This document shows positions 1 through 12,700 of a stretch of DNA of 64,000 nt, piece after piece. This DNA comes from Phaeosaccion multiseriatum. Its lineage: Eukaryota > Protista > Ochrophyta, other classes. The translations under genes were made by a program, and so were the position numbers. The stretch's first letter is position 1; every line of letters starts with the position of its first letter. The notes below the pieces were generated by a model. It ran no database searches, had not been told where the DNA came from, and saw only the letters and a program-made list of their open reading frames with translations. The DNA is taken from positions 620,001-684,000 of the forward strand of contig OZ218952.1 of assembly GCA_965112735.1 (NCBI GenBank), read 5' to 3'.

Positions 1-467
1 AGCGAGGCAGTGTGTGCTTGGGTCCTCCTCGAAGCCTCTCTCTCAACTCCGTGCGGAACCGGAAACAAGCGCTCTTGTCTCAGGCTGGCTTTCTTGCCTT
101 ATTTCCCTCCCTGGTGTAAATTAATGAGAAGACGCGCTTCTCTCTCTTTTCTAGACTGATAAACTAATACTATTGTATCTACTGCAAACGCGCGCCTCAC
201 AGTTTTCTAACACTGACCGAGCCGACCTGTCGGGGCCCAGCCACATGTTAGCCTCCGAGCCAAGGGCAGTGACGACCCTTCCCGGAACAGCTCTCAGTAG
301 CCACCTAGTGGCCTACCGGTCACTCCAAGTTGTCTAAGATGTGCGTAAAGAGCTGATCAAGTGGATATGTATTTAATTGACGTTGCTAAGGTCCAATACC
401 ACTCCCTTGCTTATGTCCTTACACTGTCCTTACTCTTGCCTCAATGTCCTGTATGCCCTTGCCTTTA

Positions 468-563
468 TCCCTTTTGCCTCCTACACGGCCTTGTCACTTC
501 CCTTTGCCCCCTACACGGCCTCATCACTCCCCTTGCTTTGCCCTCCTACACGGCCTCGTCACT
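468..563. repeat. Short tandem repeat, 3 imperfect copies of ~31-37 bp
   Basis: The core CCTACACGGCCT..TCACT occurs three times in a C/T-rich context. Confidence 0.75.
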
Positions 564-880
564 GAACGATAACCACCCGCCCACTGTCCTGAATTAGATC
601 GATACCAATTGTCGATGTCCTGCCCATACACTTACATATGCCGCCCCTCTGAAGACCCTGCTCACTCCGTTGAGCACCCTGACCCATTCGCTAACTACGC
701 CCTGACCCCTCTGTTATTCACCTTCTCCAACAAAACCCAAAACTCCTTCTGTTGGGAGTCTACCCCATACTTGACCCTTTCCAAGACCACTCGCATTGCA
801 CCACCGTCCTCCGCGAAGAAAACCTGTTCCACCTTGTCCTGTTGCCCCCCATTCAACTACCTGCTGTGTTGTCCCCTTTC

Positions 881-1064
881 CGCCCCTCGTTCTCTGGTGT
901 GTCCTTTGCTCTTCCTCGTTCTCTGTTGTTTCCTCTTTTCCGCCCTCGGTCTCTGCTGTGTCCTCTTCTCCGCCCTCGGTCTCGGCTGTGTCCTCTTCTC
1001 CGCCCCCGGTCTCTGCTGTGTCCTCTTCTCCGCCCTCGGTCTCTGCTGTGTCCTCTTCTCCGCC
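881..1064. repeat. 30-bp minisatellite (4 near-perfect and 2 degenerate copies)
   Basis: Unit CGCCCTCGGTCTCTGCTGTGTCCTCTTCTC at 941, 971, 1001 and 1031; degenerate copies from 881. Confidence 0.9.
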
Positions 1065-1542
1065 GGGCGGGAGCCCCGTGAAGGTCCTTGCAGTGCACTC
1101 AAAGGAGACCGTGACGGACAGCTAGTCCCCAACGTATCCACTCACCCTCCGTCTCCTCGCTGCACAGTGTAGCGGTGCCACTGCCGGGGGAGTAGCAAGC
1201 GCGCGTGGGGAGCAGCAGGAAGGTCACAGGCGGGGGGGGGGGGGCGACTGCTCGAGAGTCACAGCCCCAGGCACTGCCGAGGCGTAGAGAAGAGTCTTCC
1301 GTGAAAGGTTCCGTCAGGGGGTGGGGCGTGGGAGAGGGAGCCTTCTCGGCAGGCGGTGGGCGGCGGGCAGCGAGCCTGATGGTCTTGGGGGGGAGTTGCA
1401 CATCGAATGCCCACAATCGCTGCCTTGACTGCTGGCAGCAGCAGCAGCAGCAGTAGCAGCAGCGGCGCGTTTCTTGGGCTTGTGTGTCGGCGCCTTGCTC
1501 CTGGGCCTTTTGCTTTGGTAGCATTGCTTCTGCCCCTCCTCC

Positions 1543-2199
1543 TTAGCCAGGTTTCTCCGCGATGAAGTCGAGTACCTCCTGATGGGCAGCCTTGATGCCG
1601 GGAAGAAAGGAAGCGCACACGGCCGCCGACTGGCCAGCCTGCACAGCAAGCAAGAGAGGGAGGGGAGGAGGGGAGGGTGAGTACGGCGTGGGGGCGAAGG
1701 GCACGCACACTCGTTTAAGCTTCCCGAGCCCTAACATTGCTTTGCAGGCGGTTTCATCTCCGTTCTCGCTCACCTTCGCCGCCTCCTCCAGCAGCCTCGC
1801 CTGGTTGGCCAGTCTCTCGGCATAGAAGGTTCCCGCCTGCCCCTTGACGAGGTGCGCGGCCTTCATCACTTGGTGGGCCGCTTCCGCATCGCCTTCATTG
1901 AGGCAGTAGGTGGAGACTGCGGAGACGACAGAGTCCAAAGACGCCTTGCTGCAAACGGCAAAGAGAGCAGTCACTTGTGGGGGGAGCCGCTTCGAGAGCA
2001 CGGTATCCGTCCCAGAAGGGGCGGCCGAACTGCTGCTGGAGGACTGGCTAGCGCTAAAGTCCATGTCGGAGCTTGAGTCTCCCTCCGTCATGATGGAGGA
2101 CGTGGGGCACTCGCTGACGTCCACCTCATATTCTTTCTGCGCCTCCTCCTGCTCAGCGTGCCCCGCTTGCCTTCTCCGTGAAAAGGGCCACCGTGCCAT
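1543..2199 (-). CDS. Hypothetical protein, 218 aa, single exon
   Basis: ATG-initiated ORF with a Ser-rich linker and a helical-looking C-terminal half; divergent from the gene at 2451. No family recognised. Confidence 0.5.
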   Translation of the reverse strand: MARWPFSRRRQAGHAEQEEAQKEYEVDVSECPTSSIMTEGDSSSDMDFSASQSSSSSSAAPSGTDTVLSKRLPPQVTALFAVCSKASLDSVVSAVSTYCLNEGDAEAAHQVMKAAHLVKGQAGTFYAERLANQARLLEEAAKVSENGDETACKAMLGLGKLKRVCVPFAPTPYSPSPPPLPLLLAVQAGQSAAVCASFLPGIKAAHQEVLDFIAEKPG

Positions 2200-2450
2200 C
2201 CTGTCTGATCAAGTGCTATGTCCTTTGCATGAAGTGAGCGACGGTGGGTCGCACGTCCTTCTCCCTTGCTCCCTCTGCGGGAGGGTCCTTCCCATCCCCG
2301 CGGGACAACTTTCCATCGCTCCCCCCTTTTTTTGATGGTCTATTCCTTCCCCTTCCCTGTCACAAGGCGAAAAAAGTGGAAGTTTGATGGCCCCTTCCCT
2401 GTACACAAAGAAAAGCGAGCAGCCAAAAGCCGGTGTGAAAAAAAGAGGAG

Positions 2451-4774
2451 ATGTGGGCTCATCGCCTGCTGCTCTTCGGCCTGGTGGGAGGCGAGGCCTT
2501 CGCTTTTCTTTTCTTCCATGCCTCTCCACGAGCGCGCTCAAGCCTCACGATGCGCGGAAGCATGCTGCCCGAGCTGCCGGAGAGGGACGTGCCCGTGGCG
2601 CTGTACCCAGTGGGTGTGGGCACCTTTCAAGGACGTGAGTGCCTCCTGAAAGGCTGCTGCTGCCGATGCCTCTACGGCTGCACCCTCAAACCATCTAGGC
2701 ACCTTCTTCCTGCTTGTTGGTGTTTCTCTTTTCGCTCCCCTCAATCCTCTTTTCGTTGTTCGTCTTCTCCCTACAGGGGAGGCTGCTTTCCTGGGCCAAG
2801 AGAAGGGCGTCGTGGACCCCTCGTCCCCTCTTCTCCCAGTCCCTATCGCGGACGAGACCGGAGTCACGATCCTGACCAGCGCTCTTAAGGGACTGGCCTT
2901 TGGAAGCTGCTCAGGCACGTAGAAGAACAGGACCGAGTGTTTTTTCTTGATGTTTCACTCCCGTGTCTCTTCCACTCTCTCTCTCGCTCTCTTTGTCTCT
3001 CTCGCTCTCTCTGCTCTCCCTCTCTCCCTGCCATCCCTCTCTCTCTCCCTCTCTCTCCCCCACGCAGCTCTCGTGAATCAAGATGATGGTTTGTTCGACA
3101 ACATTCCATGGGACACATGGGGCGACAGCTACTCCAAGAGACGGGTGTACAACCAGCTAATGCTGGGGGGAGGTCAGCAGCGGCCTGAGGGGGCCAAGGG
3201 GGTGTTCGACCTCATCGACCGCGCCCTCTCCACAGAGTGCAACGCGAGGGCCGTCGGCTTCGTAAGTGCATATTAGCCGCAAGGCTTGTATTATCGTGGT
3301 TCAGTGGTCCATGTCCACTTCTTCATGGCCTTACTTACTTGTCCTCTGACTGTGAAACTGAGGCAAGAAAAGCATTGCTCTGACCCCTACTCCCCCCCGC
3401 CCCGCCCCCCCCCCCCCCTCGTTGCGATGCGACACAACTGGCGACTGACAAATACCCAGGCCATAGAGGAGGAATACAGCCGTGACCCTCGAGCTATCAA
3501 GCTCGGAGGCGCTGTGCTGCTGGAGGCCAAGGGGAACCAAGAGGAGGAGGAAGATGACGATGATAACGATGCCAATCGCAGTCCAACCTCAGCTGCTGCA
3601 GCAGCAGCAGCAGCGGCATATTCTGCGGCGGCGTCTTCTGGCTCAAGAGGGGCGCGGGAAGGAGAGAGATTTGTGGTGGAGTGTGCGTGCGAGGAGGCAC
3701 TAGCGATGGCTCTTTGGGCTCGGAAGCCGGTCATGGTGATGCAGAGCGTGTTTGAAGGCGGGGGGGTGCGCACCAAGCTTGTCCGGGACAAGCAAGGCAA
3801 GCCCCGCCTGGCGGTGTCAGACGAAGAGGAGTATTACATGCGGGAGGCGGAGAGGGAGGCGCAGAGGGAGGCGGCAGCAGCAGCGGAAGCGCAAGGCCGG
3901 AGCAGAAGGAGAAGGAGGGTGGATGATAATGATGATGATGACGATGATGACGACGAGGAAGGTTCATCCATGTACCCCCCCGCGTGGAAGATTAAGACTG
4001 TGGGTCAGCTGCTGGAGATGACCCTCGCCGAAAAGTGCGCCACTGTCGAGGCGAGCGGGCTCAAGGCCCCCCGCAAGAGAGGCACAAACGACGAGTCCGT
4101 CTGCGCCCTGCTGCTGCCCCTGCTGGACGAGGTGGTGCGTCGACAGTACCTCACTTACAAGGCGGTCATGAACGAGGTACGTAGCGTTTGTAAGGTGAAG
4201 GTGAAGGTGAAGGTGTCTTGTTATGTGGTTGTTGTTGTTGTTGTTGTTGTTGTCTCTCTGTCCACTTTGCTCTGGCCTTGTTGCCTTACTGCCTTTGTCG
4301 TTGAGGGGGAGAGGGGGGTAAGAGCGTGGTGGTCATGCCAGTCGTTTCGTCCTTCAATATGAACGGCGGGGGGGATGTTGTGTGCCCTGTCCCTCTTTCC
4401 TTCGTCGGGCTGACTGCTGCTGATGCTGGTATTGCTGCTACTGTGATTGCTGGTGCTGGTGCTGCCGTTCCTGAAAGCTCAGACTGAACTGAAACTAAAA
4501 CTAGAATCAAAACTGCCTCTCTTCATCACAACAAACAACAACTACCAGGACTACGAGCTGGCTGCCTCTTTGGACGAGGACAAGAGCGCGAGACAAGTGT
4601 TGGTGGGAGAGCTCAACGCGGCCGTGAAGAACGGGGACGAGGAGGCTGCTGACGTCCTGCGAGAGCGGCTGGATGTGCTGACCGCACTTAGAGCTGACCC
4701 CACGCAGGTACATTGGTTTGGTAGTGCTGAGGGAGGGAGAGGGGGGGGCGAGGGGAGGAGGGGGAGGAGAGATG

Positions 4775-4814
<40 letters not shown>

Positions 4815-5058
4815 GAGAGAGAGGAGAAGAGAGAGAGAGGAGAGCGATGCAGAGTGAGATGGAAATGGGGAAAGGCCTCCCGTGCTGCGTTACCCACCCA
4901 CCCACTCACTCACTTGCTCACTCACTCACTCACTCCCTCACTTTCCATCACTCACTCACATCCTGCTTGCTCCTTCGTTGAAATAGGACGAGGGCTCGTA
5001 TCAGCGCGACATGGACGCAGACGAATGGTACATACAGAACAGAAAGAGGATGAGCTGA
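2451..5058 (+). CDS. Putative plastid-targeted protein with bifunctional-nuclease(DUF151)-like region and C-terminal UVR domain
   Basis: Exons 2451-2634, 2777-2914, 3068-3261, 3460-4176, 4549-4707 and 4987-5058 join in phase. N-terminus MWAHRLLLFGLVGGEAFAF is a signal peptide with an ASAF-like motif. Other motifs: ECACEEALAMALWARKPV; UVR-like ELNAAVKNGDEEAADVLRERL; tail LRADPTQDEGSY..DADEWY. Confidence 0.7.
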
Positions 5059-6807
5059 GAGAGCGGAATGGGGTATATCAGCGAGGAGAGAGAGAAAAAC
5101 AGAGGGAGGGAGGGAAGGAGGGAGACAGACAGACACACAAACAGACACCGGTAGCAGCAGCTATATTGACCCGACTAACGAGCACAACCACGCGCAGCTA
5201 CAGCCGAAGTAGCAAGAGCGGCGTAGACTCGAGTGTGCACTTGGCGTCGGCCCTTCAGTCGAGCAGTGATGTGAAGTTACGACGGTTTCAGCTCCGCAGT
5301 CCAGCAGTGATGTGAAAGAACGACGGCAGCACTCGAGATGTATGTTGAGCTTTGACTCGACAAGAGTGATTGATGGATTGATTGGTACCGATCCAATGAG
5401 CTACCTTCCCACCCTGCCCCTGTTGCGGTGTGGCGGTTGCGGTTGCCCAAGCATCCCCATCACCACCGAGCGCTTTCCAGTGCTCCGATGTCAGCGCAAG
5501 GAAAAAGCTCGTGAAGTGAGTGACTGCCTGACTGACTGGCGACGCGGCGGTGCTGGCCTGCTGTGGCCTGCTGTGAAGGGGCGAAGGGTCGGCAAAGGGC
5601 TCTGGGCAGCTCGTGCGGGTGGGCAGGCAGCGACGACCGACAGGGGGGTGGGCCCTCTGGGCACTCTATGGGCACCTCAACCCGGTGCCCTCAATCCCGA
5701 CGAAGCGCAGCAGCGGGCGGGAGTGGGCTGGTCAACTTTTTTTAATTCAAAAAAAAGAGGAGGAGAGTCACGAAGCTTCTACTGGAGATGGGTGGGAGGG
5801 AAAGAAGAGAACGGCGTCGGGGTGACGGGCGGTGGATGGCACCGTCGGTGCTGATACTGTCACGGGCGGGACCCAAGTGTGGGGAGGTGGCGGGGAGGAG
5901 GCGAGGGCAAGGAGCAGCAGCGGCGGCGGTACCGTGGGGGCGGGGCGGATCAGGAAAACGCTTTGTCCATTCCTCAAAATGTTATGGATGGAATGCCTGG
6001 AAGTTGAGATTGTGCTGATTTTCGTTGTGTGTGTGCGCCGGTTGTTCTGCCCTCCCGTCTCTTTCTTCTTTTGTCCCCACCTCTTCTCCTTCCTTGGGCC
6101 GGGCAAGTAGTTGGGGTAAGAGAAGAGAGAGAGAGAGAATTCGATTCTGTAGGCGAGCCCTGACTCTGATGTCCTCCTCTCGCACTCACCCCCTTGTCCT
6201 GACCAGTCATTTATGGAGGGCCACGCTGCCCTGTAATGTCTCCTGCTCTCTGAGTACATATTGCACCCTTAAGTACCATCTATGGTTTGCCCATAAGAAC
6301 GGCTCGGGCAAGAAGCCCGCCACCGTCGGTGAATGCTTTCCTCTCGTGCTGAGTGCACATGAATCCGAAACTGTAACGGAAACTATAGGCACCCACCCAG
6401 CCTAACTCAGACGCCACGCAGTCGCCTGTGGTCCGTCGGACTCAGGCCTGAAGCCTTGAGGAGCGGGAGCACACGAGGTCGGGGAACGGTCAGGGAGTTG
6501 AATTTATTGAGCGTGGACCGTGTGCGCGCCGCAGGGCGCGGGGTTCATCCGGTCACAGAATCATAAACGAACAACCAACGCAGACACTTGTTCACGTTTG
6601 ATCACGTTTTGTCTCTCGAATTTGAAATCTGATAGCATCGGGAATCGCGTCGGATAGCGCAGGGGGCGCCATGTCTTGCCCTTGCAGGCACTCTGGAGGA
6701 AATGACGTGTTCCCATCAAGAGGTTTCCTGCCTTGAGGTCGTCTTGTGCTCGAGAGCAAACACGCCCGTTTTTTTGGAGAGACGGAACACTATCACACAA
6801 CCACAAA

Positions 6808-8958
6808 ATGCGTTTTCTGTGGGCCTCCCTTCTCCCCCTTCTCCTCTTACTCGCTGAAGTGGAGAGCGAAGGGCCAAGGACGTGGGATGGAGAGAACTAC
6901 TTCGATATCGACGAGGACGCAGGGCCGCGTCCTCACGCTATAAAGACGGATAGCTGGAAGAGGCAAGACGCCTCAATCTACGTCGGTGTGAGCTCGTTCA
7001 GGGATTGGAGATGCCCTGCCACCTTACTGAACTATTTCAGCCGAGCAAAGTACCCAGAGAGGGTCTTCATCGGGCTTGTGCAGCAGAACGCCGAGGTGGG
7101 AGAGGCTGAGGCGAGGATGGTTATAGACGGCAGAGTTTCCACAAGAGGTGGAAGAAACAAAGACATCTCAGTTTTGCATTGACCCACGCCCTCTCTAAAT
7201 CAAAACCCCTCTTACCACACTGTTACCGCAGTACGGCGAGGATGCGGATGTGGACTGCCTGGAGGAGTATTGTCGCATCCGTGGCACGCCCATCGACAAG
7301 CATGGAGACCTCTCCATATGCCCCTTCGCCGAGCAAGTTCGCGTGGTCAGGATCGACTACCAGCTCGCGGCGGGGCCCTGCTTCGGCCGCCACATGCAGC
7401 ACTACCCCCTACGTGATGAAGAGTTCTGCATGCAAACGGACAGTCACATGGATGTGGTGGAGGACTGGGACGAGAGGGTTTTGAACATGTGGGGCAGGGC
7501 CGACAACGAATACGGCATTCTTACCACCTACGTGCACCGCATTGTCACCCTGACGAGCAAGCCTACCATCTCGGCTCGGCAAGTGCCTCACTTGTGTCAA
7601 GTGTCCTTCACGAAAAGGGAGGGCAACCCTCGCTACGTCCAAGCGAAGATGGCCATGCGCCTCAACAAACCTAAGCTCACGAATGCATGGGCGGCAGGTT
7701 TTAGCTTTGCCAAGTGCCATGCGTGGAAGGCGGTGCCATACGACCCCAATTTGAAGTTTGTGTTTGATGGCGAGGAGTCCAGCATGGCGGCGCGTTTATG
7801 GACAAGGGGGTACGATATGTACACTCCCGATGAGAGTCTCGTGGGGCATGACTACGACGGGGTGAAGAAGGGGCCAGCCGCAGGAAGGTGGGTGCGTGGG
7901 AGGGAGGGAGTGAGGGAGGGAGGGGGAGGGAGGGAGGGAGGGAGGGAGGGAGGGACGCGGGGGAGGGAAGGGAACGAGGGAGGGAGGGAGGGGAGAGAGG
8001 GAACGAGGGAGGAAGGGAGGGAGGCGGGGGAGAGGGAGGGAAGGGAGAGAAGGAGGGAGGCGGGGGAGGGATGGGTGGAGGGGGGGAGGGAGGGATGGAG
8101 GGGAAAGACAACTTCTCCGTCTCCTACACATGTGGTCTCTTCGAAGGACGTCTTAAATGAACCCACACCCACCCAACGCCCCGCCCCCCTGCCCTCCGTT
8201 GTTGCCTTGTCGTCCTCGTCCCCAGCTGGAGGCAAAACAAACAAGCGATGGCCGGAGCCCATGCACTGGCTCACCAACGCTTAAAGACCCTCTTGGGCAT
8301 GCCGGGCGGGAGCGAGGAGCTCAAGCAGAGTGGCCTGGGCATGTATGGCTTGGGCACTCGGCGGTCTTGGGAGCAGTATCAGGAGTTTATTGGAGCGAAC
8401 TTCTCTGTGCCAGAGGTGGGTGGGCGGACGTGCATCCCTTTTCGGAAAGACATTCCCTTTGTCTTTCGTACGACTGTTTGTTTGTTTGCTTGTTCTTTTT
8501 TTCTTTTTCTTTTTTTTGTGTCTTTTGAGTGAGCGTGCGTGCGTGTATTGCCGAGTTAAACGTCCGATCAGCAGCACGAGTGTATATCCCCGACCTCTCT
8601 CTCTCTCTCTCGCTCTCTCTCTCCCTCTCTCTCCCTCCCTCTCTCGCTCTCTCTCCCCCCCCCCCCCCCTCTCTCTCTACCTTTACTTACTGGACGGTTG
8701 ATGTAATGTATTGGTCTCTCTTGCCCTTTGTACGGCGGGCGGCAGGTCACCGGAAACAGGTGTGGTACTATAGAGTGGGTACCCTTCGTGGAGGGCGAGT
8801 GGCCCCCAACCGAGAACAATCTCTCTGGGCCCTACTGGGACAAAGTCACGGGGAGGAAGCGCAGCTCCTCCTCGCTCAGCGTTGACAGCGATGGAAACTT
8901 GTTGAGACCACGTGGTCCATCGCAGCAGCAGCAGGAGGAGGAGGAGGAGGGGGGGTAG
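6808..8958 (+). CDS. GT60-family (Skp1/polypeptide) N-acetylglucosaminyltransferase-like protein, secretory pathway
   Basis: Exons 6808-7095, 7232-7887, 8226-8415 and 8746-8958. Signal peptide; motifs IYVGVSSFRD..C, GPCFGRH, MQTDSHM, WAAGFSF, FDGEE..MAARLWTRGYD, YGLGTRRS. Confidence 0.9.
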
Positions 8959-9720
8959 TTGGTGATACAGTAGTAGTAGCGCACCAGTAGTAGCAGCTGA
9001 TGATGCAGCAGCAGGAGGAGGGAGGAGGCGGCGAGGGAAGCTGCTGCTCCCCAATGCCTCACCACGCGCGCACAGTAGGAGGGGTGAAGCGACGCACGTC
9101 TGCCCTTGCGGAGGGGTTCATTCCCGCTTGTGGCATGTGCGTCATCGGAGATGAGCACCGAGAGGGTGAAAGGAAAGAAGTACAACAGTAATCGAGAAAG
9201 AGCTTCATTTCTCTTCCTTTTCTGGTTTTTATTTTTTATTTTTTTTTATTTTGTCTATAAAGCCTGTGCTGAGGACATGTTACTTCATTTTCTTCACAGA
9301 AGGGATGGGGGGGGGGACGGCAGAGCAGCCTCCTCTCCCCACGCTTTGCTACTCACTTGACTTGACAACACGAAAGCACAAATGACAAAACACACATAAA
9401 ATGAATAAACAAATAATCTATATATATATATATCACTAAACGAATACATCGACTTCTCTTTTGCAGACCACCAGAGATGGCGAACCCCACCTTTTCACCT
9501 TTGGTTCTCACCAGGATGACAAGCAAACTGGCACTGGGGCGGGCGTGAACCCTCTCTACCTATTTACCCTTACGTAACCTCATCTTGGGGGCTATGCTAC
9601 ATGCCTCCTTTCTTGTCTTATCTTCCCCCCCCTGTTTCCACGTGTTGCTAACAGCGAACAGCGGCACCCACTCGCTCCTCCACCACCTCCTCCTCCCTAT
9701 ACATATCAATTCAATTCAGA

Positions 9721-12700
9721 TCAGTTCCCCACGCTGCTGCTGTTGGTGATGTCTCCCCCAGCCTTCCTCTTTGCCCTGGACCGCGTGAGCCGCATGCTCA
9801 GTTGTGCCTCCTCCACGACCTTACCGCCACCACCACCACCACCACCACCACTGCTGCTGCAGCTGCTGCTCTGCCGAGAAGGCTGTTCTCGAATGAACTT
9901 GTCCTGCAACTCTTGGTTGGCGGAGCGAAGAGAGTTGATCTCCTCCTTGAGCTTCTCCACCACCTTAATCTTCTGGTTGGTATTCTTGTGTCCCACCTGT
10001 GTGGAGTTTCGTTTGTTTTGATTGATTATGTTAAGAGAGAAAACGAAATGTGGCAACGAGACTACAGGAGCTGACCAAACGGCCAGAGAGAGGACTGAAC
10101 ACACACACACACACACACACACACACTTTCTCCTCTCCGCGGACTCTGTCCGTCAAGCCCACCCAATCTAATGCTCACTCACTCACTCACTCACCCAACC
10201 CATCCATCCGCCCACTCACTGACTCCCTCCCTTATTGACTTACCAGCTTGGTATTAGCCGAGTCCATCTCCTCCATTTGCGTCTTCATATCCCTCGCCTC
10301 CTCCTTGAGTCTCCTCGCCTTGTCATCCGCCGCCGCCCTCAGTTCGCTCTCCCGGAGCAGCTCCGTCTCCAATCCACGCAGTCTCGCTCGTACCTCCTCC
10401 ACCTCACGACGGGAATCGTTCACCTTCCCGAGCTCTCCTTGTAAGGCCCCGACCGTATCCATCATCTCTTCCAACCGGCCCACACTGGCGTGTAACTGCT
10501 CCTCCAAGCCCTCCACCTCTTGCTGCAACCCATCCGCCCGACTGACGGCCTCCTCCTTCACCTCCTCCATCTCCCGGAGCTGCGTCTCCAGACTCGCCTT
10601 CTCCCTCTCCCTCTCCTCCAGGGCCGCGCTTTTTTCCGTAACGGCTCGGTGAGCGCTACTCAACTCCTCCTCTGTGTGCTCCATCTCCTCCAGCACCTTT
10701 GCCAAGCGATTGGCCTTGTGCTCCACCTCCTCCACCCTCTCGTCGCGCTCGGCAGTCACCTCATCCAACACCTTATGCACAGCTTCAAGCTCCTTCTCTT
10801 GGGCGGCCACGAGTGCCTCCGCAGTGGCGATGGAGTCCTTAACCACCATCACATCCTTCTGTGCTCGTTCCAGATCGGCCCGACTCACCGACAAGTTATG
10901 CTCCGTCTTGATAAACTCCGCCTGCAGCGCACGGGCGTCCTTCTCCGTGTCTGCCCTCGCCTTTTGCGCCACCTTCACCTCCTTCTCCATGTGTGCGAGC
11001 ATGGCGACTGTCTTGCCCTCCTGCTCCTCCATCTCCAACATCTTCCCATCCAGGTCGTCCATCCTACGCTCTCCCTCGGCAACCGCTTCATGCGCCTCTT
11101 CCAACTGCGTCCTCAAGTCCGCAGCCTCCGCCCTTGCCTTCTCTCGACTCTCAACAGCGGCGTTGAGTTGCGTCTCAGCCGCCGCAGCGTCAGTGCGCAG
11201 TTGGGAAACTTCGCCCATATGCTCCTCAATCACAGCCCCCAGCTTCTCTATCTCCACCCGTCGTTCTTCCTGCACGGAAGCGTACTCAGCCTCTCGAGCC
11301 TCAATCTCAGCATTATGCAACAGCACAAGCTCGTTCCCTTCTCGCACCACGGCAGCGCACTCGGCGCGAACTCTCTGCAGCTCCTCGTCCTTCTTTCCGT
11401 TTTCGTTCTCCTTCTCTGCCAGGGCCAAAGTGTGTGCCTGCATCACTTCGGCCGCCTCTCCGGCCTTCTCCACCATGGCAGCCAGCGCAGTTTCCAGCTC
11501 TGTTTGCTTCTCCTCCACTTCCTCCTCCTTGGTGGCGAGTTGGCTCTCCAGGCTCACAATTTGAATGCGAAGGTTTCCCAGCTGTTCCGTTGTGGAGGCC
11601 AATTCCTCCTTCACAGCCGCTTCAGCTACCCCCGACTTCTCCGCCCTGCTCTTCTCACTCTGCAGCTGCTCTTCCCTCTCCACCAACAAGGCTTCCTTGG
11701 TCTGTGCAGCGGCCTCCGCGACCTCCACCTTCGTCTTGAGCTCCTCCACCTCCCCACCCCGAGCCTCCACCTCCTCCTTCGCCCCCTTCAGAGCAGTCTC
11801 AGCCGCCTCGAGCTCCCCCAGCCGAACGGTAAGCCCCTCTTGCGCAGCAACCAGCTTCTCCACCATACCATCTCGCTCTCCGGTCACCTCCTCCACCATG
11901 CCCTGTGCCTCGCTCACCTCCCTCTCCAACTCGTTGATACGCTCGGCCTTGAATGCCCCGCCTTCCTGTGCTTCGTTCAACTTGGCCAGAGTGGAGTCTC
12001 GCTCTTGCGTGAGCCCCTCTACGGCAAGCTGAGCCGCTGCGAGCTCTCCTCGCGTGGTCTGGAGCTGGTCCGACAGATCTCCTGACAGGCGCTTCGCCGC
12101 TTCAAACTGAGCCTCCAGGTCGGCCGTCTGCTCCATTAGGGCCTTTACTTGGCCATCAGCGCTCTCTGCTCGGACAGTGGCGTCTTGCAATGCGGATTTT
12201 GCCCCCGACAACTCCTCCTGCAATGGTGTGGGTGCGGTGGGGTAGGGTGGGGTGGGCGAGGGAGGTTGGGGGAGCACCAGCAGCGGGGGTAAGGGGGTGG
12301 AAGGGCAAAGGACAACTGGCGCCGCGATATGCACGACAGGGAAGAAGGGTACTATGGCACATGACTACGGCTGGTCGTTGTCTCCGACTTGCATGCTCTC
12401 TTACCTGCACCGTCTCCAACTTAGCTGCGCTGTCCCTTGCGCTATCCCTCAACTCTCCCTGGAGCTGCTCCACGGAACCTTCCAGCGTCGACGTTCGAGC
12501 GGCGCATTCGGTGCGCTGTTCTTCCAACTCCGTCATGCTCTGCTCCAGAGCCTCCTTGTCCGACACCAAGCCCTCCATCTCCACAATGAGGGTCTCCTTC
12601 TCCTTGCGTGCGGCCCCCTTCTCCTCGACCATGGTCTCCACCTCCGTACGCAAGGTCTCTACCGTTCCCCGCAAGTTGTCTGCTTCCTTATGCAAAGTCT

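Noticed and set aside
881-1064. 30-bp repeats as a CRISPR array
   Set aside because: Units are directly adjacent with no spacers; eukaryotic context and no cas genes.
5312-6259. Overlapping ORFs, including a minus-strand FVGIEGTG sulfotransferase-like motif
   Set aside because: The motif is followed by a stop within a few codons, and I could not build a consistent spliced model.
6200-6560. Possible structured ncRNA (SRP, RNase P/MRP, snRNA) in the intergenic region
   Set aside because: No diagnostic conserved motif recognised on either strand; an Infernal/Rfam scan would be needed.
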